Below, one piece after another: positions 55,653-64,000 of a DNA stretch of 64,000 bases. How positions within the stretch are numbered: position 1 is the first letter of the stretch; each line of letters begins with the position of its first letter. A model generated the notes under the pieces. It was given only the letters and a program-made list of their open reading frames with translations. It was not told the origin of the DNA and searched no databases. Made by a program: the position numbers and the translations under genes. This DNA comes from Eledone cirrhosa (Eukaryota): assembly GCA_964016885.1 (NCBI GenBank), contig OZ024742.1:143592001-143656000 (forward strand), written 5' to 3'.

Positions 55653-56769
55653 TGTACAATAACTTGAGCTTAGTAAAACAAGAGTAAGAAGTGATAGCGT
55701 TGGTTTCACAAATAGTCTGGAAACGAAATAAATATGATGGATGTCTTGTTCAATACATAACTATCCAAAGTTAATTATTATTTCCTTTTAGCGATTATTC
55801 GGTGTGGCTAATATACATTTGGGCCTCCGAGACTGGAGGAAATAAGGGAGGAAGTTATCCCTTAAATCGGAAACCTGCCCGAGTACTTGCAACGAAATGA
55901 ACTCCGCTAATCGCTGCTAAGTAGCAGGGGTAGTGCTAAACCAGACGACAGATTGATCTACCCTCCAAGAACTTAGAACGCTAAAAACCAAAATAAATAC
56001 CGCAGGACATTTCGTCCAAGGCTCTAAGAATTCCGCCAATCCTCTACTCTGCACTCGTACTCTGAACCTAGAAAGAATGAAAGATAAAGTTAACCTGCAC
56101 AGAATTTAAACTAAGAGAGTCAGAACAAGTAACGGAGACATTTTGTCATTCGCGCCAAAGTCTTTATCAATTCCCCGCCTGTGTTTGTAAGGTGAATGAA
56201 ATATAGCTAAATCTTAATGGTGTTTCAAGTCTAGTGTGTAGCAAAGAAAGATGGTAGATAATAGTGACGCGTGCCAAATCTGCTATAATTAGGGTCAATT
56301 ATATGGACACATCGTGAGGCAGTGTTTATTGGAATTTTAGAGTTCAAGATTAAATGGTGGAATAATGTGTTGGCAACATTTTAAAATTTGCTGTCTGATT
56401 CAGGTCGTATCTTTAAGTGTGTATGAAAAATATATGGTAAAAACTTTGTAAAATTATCGGAAATACTCATTTATTTTTGCATTTTTTTTCTCCTTTATAA
56501 CATCGAACATACTATCTGAAAAGAAATGGGTTGCATAAGTTTTCCTCCTTGTATTGTATTACATCTTGTAAGGGGGCTCTTCTATCTACTTGTAGTCCAA
56601 ATATTGATTCGAAGTTGAATATTGGGGAAGTTACTTCACAACTAATCTCATACTTAAAGATATATTCCTACTGTTCTTCCAGTAAAATATGAAAGATTTA
56701 TTTTTTTCCCATATAGTGAATAACGAACGTCAAATTCAATAAGCCATTTGTCTTTTATATTCATATTTC

Positions 56770-56851
<82 letters not shown>

Positions 56852-56859
56852 CCATCTAT

Positions 56860-56995
<136 letters not shown>

Positions 56996-59544
56996 TTGCT
57001 TCTTTTTAGTGTGGACAAATGGAATTTTATGAGCGAAAAATCACTTCTGTTTCCTAAATCGAAAATCTATTAAGCAATACGCATGACTTGATCCAGCTAC
57101 GATGTTAATTTACCGAGTGGCCAGTAAAAAAAGCTTTTGTTTCTAGTTACTATAGACAACGTGACACGTACATACTGATGCACGAATTGAATCATATTGA
57201 CAATTTTAGGTCGCATACAAATCTAATGTATGGGTGTAGCATTCAGGTAAGATCCTAACTGATGTATGAGTTCCATTCCACCGTTGATTCATTCGTAGTC
57301 ATCTTTGCTTTAAAAATTCGTACTGCTTACAGACTATATATATATATATATATGTATATACGTTTTGCAGCATTTGACATACTCAGAGAAGAGATGTTAC
57401 TTGATTGATTTGCTTATGTAATCAATTAAATTTATTGGATTATTTGGTCCTATGCCACTCATCCTTTGTCTGGCGATCTTCATCGAAAGCAATTTTGTCA
57501 CCCTTGACACTAGTAAAGCCTTTGGTCATGCCAGATCTGAGAAACTCTAAGTTTGTCATTCATCTCCTAAATAAGAATATTTTAGTCTGTGAGTTGAACG
57601 CTTCGTCGCAACATGTATTCTAAAAATCGGTTATGTTTTCTCAAACTGTCACTTCGAATAGCATAAACTCCGAGACAAGTGATACCCACATCTTTCCTCT
57701 TAAAGTTTGTTTCGAGCACGGAGGCTCATCAGGCCGATTCTTATCCAGGTTTCCGTGGCGTTAAGCGACTGAGAATACAAAACTTTCCCCTGGACAGGTC
57801 GCCAGTCTATAACAGGGTTAATGTTCCAATTATTGCTGGTACTCATTTTCAGCTGAGTATAGAAGAGTAACGTGAAATGAAGTGTTTTGCTCAATAACAG
57901 AAAACACAGTCCAATCCAGTATGACTCATCATAGATATGGTAGAAGCATATGAAAGAAATATGGAATCTTATATTATAGAGGAAATCGTCCTTAACAAGC
58001 TAGAATGGTTACAGCTGCCTCTGGTTTAGTGTGGTACCTGCAGGGATGAAAGAGAGGAAAAGAAAAGCTTGCAAAATAGCAAGTGAAAAAGCCCGAACAT
58101 TCTCTAGTAGTATCAATGAGTCTTGGTACTACCGCAGGAGGGCGATATTGTCGAAAAGTGTGCATGTGTATTTCATGAAATTAAAATTGATTTTTTTATT
58201 TTTGCGTTCGTAAAATGTTAAAGATTTGTTAGTCTGGTGTGTATTATCTTTTGAATAAAGCACCAATTCATGTTTCGGACTTATTTAATTGTCGTTGGTC
58301 TCATAAATGTCAGTTAATCTCACAAGAATTTAAACTTAGAACATAGATAAACAAAACTGAATATTAAAATATATTTACTTCGGTACATTTGTGTTACTTC
58401 CACTCCTTATTTAAAAAAGAAGAAAATTGAATACGGGAAGTAACTATCAATCTGATGTCCAGTCCATGTCTAAGACTTTAAACAAATAAATTAATACCAG
58501 AATTATATGTATTTTTAACAATTTTTTGTTTTGTTTTTGTTTTATTTCTCTTACTTGAAGATGATTTTTAAAAAATGATATTTCCTTTTTAGTGAATATA
58601 AAACTTGTCTGGTGGTTTTCCCCGTTATCTAAGTGTCAAAGATTATTATTGATGACTTTTTGAGTTTATTATATAAAATTCCTATGTTACTTTTATAGTA
58701 TATATTCAGTATTTTCATATCAGATGTGGCTGATATACTTGATAGGAATATTCCACTCTCTATGATGGCCAAGAAATTGATGCCTCGTTTTCATAAACTA
58801 TGAATGTATTAAAATGTGATTTATTGTATTAATACAAGTTAAAACCGCGCGTAGGGAAGAAACAAAGTGAATTGAATCGACTCAGTATATAACGTATTAT
58901 TTTGTTCGAATCGAACAACTTTAACTCCGTAAAATGAATCTAAATACTGCTGAGGGTTTAGTCCAGCACTTCCACAATATAAATGGAAGATTAATGAATA
59001 AGCTACGTAAATAAAGCACTGCCATTGTGCATTATATGTATAAATTTCATTTCGGTAACTAATCTTTACAAAGTGAAAGTACTTTTCTAGTTTGGTTGCT
59101 GAACTATCATCCTCGTTTTGTTGAGGAGGTCAAATAAGATAGAAACATATCTATCGCTTTCATCAGTTTTACCTACATTATACACATCCATCTGCAGCGT
59201 CTTTATTCTCCCAAAACCTCTGTTGGCTGATCTTATTGGAGGTATATTCTATTCCTTGTCTGTTTTTTAATTTTAAACCACTAGAAGGAGTTTTTGTCTG
59301 CTGAATCTGACCGCTGGTGGAGTTAGGGATCATAAATCTTCATAAAGGTTTCTTAGCATATTACAGATATGGTTTGCTATTACCTTCCTTTGGAACTACT
59401 TTCACTTGGTAGATTGGACTTAGTATTTATTTACAGTTAGGCAGACTAGACAATTTGAAATTTAATGCTATGCTGACAATATGACAGGATCGACTGATGC
59501 CGCGCCGCCGTCATTCGCACTCTCATATATACACACACATATAG

Positions 59545-59605
59545 TGGGAGAGGGAAAGAGAGAGAGAGAGGGAGAGAGAAAGAGAGAGCTAGAGAGATAG
59601 AGAGC

Positions 59606-59640
<35 letters not shown>

Positions 59641-59725
59641 TGTGAGAGAGAGAGAGAGAGTGAGAGAGAGAGAGAGAGAGTGAGAGAGAGAGAGAGCGAG
59701 AGAGAGAGAGAGAGAGATAGAGAGA

Positions 59726-59798
<73 letters not shown>
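59545..59798. repeat. (GA)n microsatellite
   Basis: Direct reading. Confidence 0.95.
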
Positions 59799-59801
<3 letters not shown>

Positions 59802-60024
59802 TGATGTATTTCAAATGTTCACAACGTTTCTTAAATCAACGGTTATTTTACACTTCAAACAACAGCTTTAAAGACAGAATTGGTGGTCAATTGGTCTTTA
59901 GCGTAGTGGTTAACATACTCGCCCGATATTTGAGAGATGTGGCGCTGGGTTCCTCACAGACGCCTCGGTCCACCTTTCTCTGTTTCCAGGGCTGCTTTAC
60001 CCGATTCTTTCGAGTATTATTTAG

Positions 60025-60208
60025 AGGACGGTGGATTGGCAGGGTCGGACGCCATGCTTTGCAGCAAAGAGTTACGTCCCTTTATGATCTGAGTTCAAAT
60101 CCCGCCGAGGTTAACTTTGCCTTTCATCCTTACGGGGTCGATAAAAATAAAGAACCAGTAATGCACTGGGATAATTGCTGGCCTTGTGCCAAAAGTAGAA
60201 ACAATTAT
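60025..60208 (+). mobile_element. SINE (major family)
   Basis: Head with a small deletion, B-box, core and tail. Confidence 0.88.
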
Positions 60209-60335
60209 TTATAGTAGTCGTCTATTATTATGATTATCTGCTTTGGGACGACACGCACATTACACACACTCGCACACACACATATATATGGGGGTGTATG
60301 GGTGTATGTGTGTATGTGGGGGGTGCGGGGTGTAT

Positions 60336-60428
<93 letters not shown>

Positions 60429-61704
60429 TTATTGAACGTGATGAATGTCACCCTTCTTAGATTGTAGAGTATAGATGAGATTTTGCAATCGACTCGAATT
60501 TAATAATATATTAAACCACATTGGCCGATAGTGGATAGAATCTTTTACAATCTTTAACAATCTTTAACAATCGGCTCTTGCTGATATGTTGCATGTTGGC
60601 AAAGAATTTACTTGTGAACCCCCTGTACTCAGGATTTGCTGAAAGTAATTTTGGATTTCTTTGGGATTTGGCACTAGCGACCTATACGATGGAAGAACTA
60701 TAATGTATTACTGTAAGGGAAGTATACTTACGTTAACTAAGAATCGAAGCCGAAATGGTGATCACAATTCTCCTGGAATTTACTCTAGGTTTTACGATGC
60801 ATCTCAAATTATATAATTTATTCTTTTCTTCTAGGTCGATGACCAATATTTTTACGAAATGAAGTGATGTATAAACTATTGCATCTTAATTTCAGTGCAT
60901 ATTAGAATTATTTTATCGACTCTCAAAAATGCGATGTAAAACCAAGTGTAGCAGTTTTAGATTATTCCTGCTTCCTCTCACTTCACAGAAACTTGAATCT
61001 TGTTAAGATTAGAAGAAGGAAGGATGAAATCACTTTCAAATTACTCATAAGACTAGCTTCAAAGTAATTTTATCTTATTTTATATGATTCTATGATTTTA
61101 AATTACTCATGATCGAGATGAGAAAAGATGCATTATCAAAAGAAATACATATGCGCTCGATGAAGAAACTGGGGATATCCTAGTTCCAAAAAGTACCAGG
61201 CTTCTTGAAATGAACTCATTAAAATCTATTTTCTTTAATTAAGTTAAATATTTCTAAATGTTGTGTTTGTCGTTAATATGTCATGCAATATAAACTATTG
61301 CATGGATGGTTTTAATAAAATTAACATTTGTGTGACATTTTTGGTGACAGTTTATTTATTTATGTAATAACCCTATCATTAGTTGTAAGCACAAAAATTT
61401 ATCATTTTAGCTAAATCAGAGAGGAAGATGTAATATGAACGTGCAAAGGGAATATGAAATCAGGTTCAGCTTACCCCCGGGGAGTAACATGAAACCAATT
61501 TCAGATTCTGGAAGGAAACGTGAAATGGGGTTAGCCTGAAGTCTTTATACAAGCATGAGTTGAATATTAAGCCATTTGAGAGTCGTCTCAAGCGATAGGT
61601 ATCCGACAAACTAGACGATCTATATTTACTGGTATATCATATTAGTGTCAACTACGTTGCTGTTGATGATGATGTTAATGATCAAAGACGCTCCAGCCGA
61701 AATC

Positions 61705-61890
61705 ATTTGCAGTATCAGTAGAGAGTCGGGCTCCATGCTTTGCAGTATAGAGTTACGCCCCTTTATGATCTGAGTTGAAATCCCGCTGAGGTTAACTTTG
61801 CCTTTCATTCTTACGGGGTCGATAAAATAAAGCACCAGTGATGTACTGAGGTAATTGCTGGCCTTGTGCCAAAAGTAGAAACAATTATTT
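61705..61890 (+). mobile_element. SINE (major family)
   Basis: Head, B-box-like GAGTTGAAATCC, core and tail. Confidence 0.87.
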
Positions 61891-62885
61891 CAGACAGCGT
61901 ACCTAAAGCTCATCATCCTCATTTTCACCACCATCAACAGCACATCGGGCATGTAGTCCTATATACAGAGATCTTACCCCCGAAAAACAACACAATACAT
62001 ATCAACAGTGATGAAAAGGGTCGCCTGTGATGGACAGTACACTACTGCTTAGATACCGATGTAAAAGGACGGGATGGATAAGGCTGGAAAACTTTAGATC
62101 ATAAGTTTTTGTCAATCAGGGTTTGCTGGGACTAAACAACAACTATGACAATAACAACAACAATAACAGTATGAACAAGAATAACAGCAAAAACAACAAG
62201 AATAACAGCAACAACAACAACTGCAGCAGTTAAATATACAGAAATTTCTTTGCTAGCTTTAGTGTCAACTGTGTCTTATTTACCAGTGTGCTATCTTGCC
62301 CTAAGCTATATTTTTCTGGGGGAAAAAATACGAAATACAAATCTCTCATAACAGAAAAAAGAATGTTTTTTTTTTTGTTCTCCTCCATGTAGGCTGATGT
62401 ATACGTATGCGTGTAAATCTAAAGACACATACAAGTCTGCATAGATACTTGTTTCCTATTTACACACAATTGCTTCTTCAAATATTAAAAACAAATTCTT
62501 TTATGTAGCCTGTATGTATGACAGACTTCATATATTTTATCGCTATGAAATACTATGTCCAAAATGTTCACATACAGTTATTTACTAATTCTCTGAGGCA
62601 CATATACATACATTTAACACCATGTGCATCATATTAGTTATACGTACAGAAATAAACTATATATTTCTGACACTTGTAAGTGTACACACACACACACACA
62701 TACACACACACATTTTCATCCATCTATCCATACATACATACATATATCCATACAGACATACATCCATACATATATACATATATACACGAATCACGTAGAA
62801 ATGTATATATATACGATTCTATCGCTTCATCTTTTTGTCTCTCTACCTCACAATCTTCTACATTTTAACACAGCCTGTCGATTAT

Positions 62886-62992
<107 letters not shown>

Positions 62993-63236
62993 ACATATAT
63001 ATATATATATACACATATATATATATATATGTGTGTGTTAACATAGTCAATTTTCTTACACATATACATAGATACATAGATATTCATCACAGATATACAA
63101 TATACTGTCTTTCATTCTTCCTTACACTGGCATATGCATAAATTCCCAAACATATACAGAATATGATATAGCTATTATATTAGTATATTATATATGAAAA
63201 TAATTTTAAAATACATTAGATATTTATGTGTGTATA

Positions 63237-63322
<86 letters not shown>

Positions 63323-63561
63323 CATCCTTTATACTCTTCCCTTCATTCTACACATCTCACACATCTTATACACACCACGCATCTCAACGTACACACACTT
63401 ACATCTCTCTCTCCACCACCGGACCTTGTTACCCGGAGTTTTACCCATTTGCATTGTCGAGGCTTCCAAACGACTTAAATATATATACATATATATGTAT
63501 ATATATAGATATACATACATATATATATATGTATATATGTGTGTATATGTATATATATATA

Positions 63562-63850
63562 TAAACGGAAAAAATGAAACGAAATTTCATTTCCCACTCT
63601 TAGTACGGCTGTTACTTAAATATAAGTATGTACACGTACATACATATATGTATACAGACGTACAGTAGTATGTATATATATATATACATACATGCACACA
63701 TATATATATGTACGTATGGATTCACCGAATATTTATTATAATGCTCGGTGTGTTTGTAGTACATATATATATGTGTGCATGTATGTATATATATATACAT
63801 ACTACTGTACGTCTGTATACATATATGTATGTACGTGTACATACTTATAT
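63562..63850. mobile_element. Hammerhead ~430-bp family, locus D: partial monomer folded back on itself (ribozyme segment absent)
   Basis: 63562-63757 matches the start of locus C; 63760-63850 is the reverse complement of ~63620-63710. Confidence 0.85.
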
Positions 63851-64000
63851 ATATATTTATATTGTTATACTTTGGGAGAGTCATGTTGCCAATAAGAAAC
63901 ACACGCATCAGCTGCTTTCACTTCAATTTATTATAATAGAGGTGCATTAGCTTACAAATTTAGAAGGGCCCTAGATAAACATAAACTCAATATTAAGATA

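Noticed and set aside
60820-60870. Strong polypyrimidine/AG acceptor followed by VDDQYFYEMK-stop
   Set aside because: Too short, no recognisable homology and no upstream exon identified.

Overview
AT-rich, microsatellite-laden eukaryotic DNA with no host gene I can support. The repeat content resembles a coleoid cephalopod such as Octopus (inference). Most ORFs in the track are translations of (TA)n/(CA)n/(TATG)n repeats. Real coding remnants are all retroelements: a near full-length Tx1/L1-clade LINE (32711-38640, +) back-to-back with a 5'-truncated R4/Dong-type RLE LINE (31118-32692, -) inside (TTA)n; a Penelope-like RT, probably Naiad-type (28480-29746, -); RTE fragments; and a decayed CR1/Jockey-like RT. 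There are also more than 20 tRNA-derived SINE copies, a hAT MITE, a Helitron 3' end, a telomere-like tract and a minisatellite. The most interesting signal is non-coding: about ten type I hammerhead ribozyme motifs from about six sequence families. One family is a ~430-450 bp ORF-less monomer at four loci, in partial tandem and fold-back arrays, with a covarying stem I and an octamer motif; it is a candidate cephalopod retrozyme (circular RNA retroelement). Another sits in a 223-bp-arm palindrome with an intact ribozyme on both strands. All folds were paired by eye and none is tested; boundaries of decayed elements are approximate.
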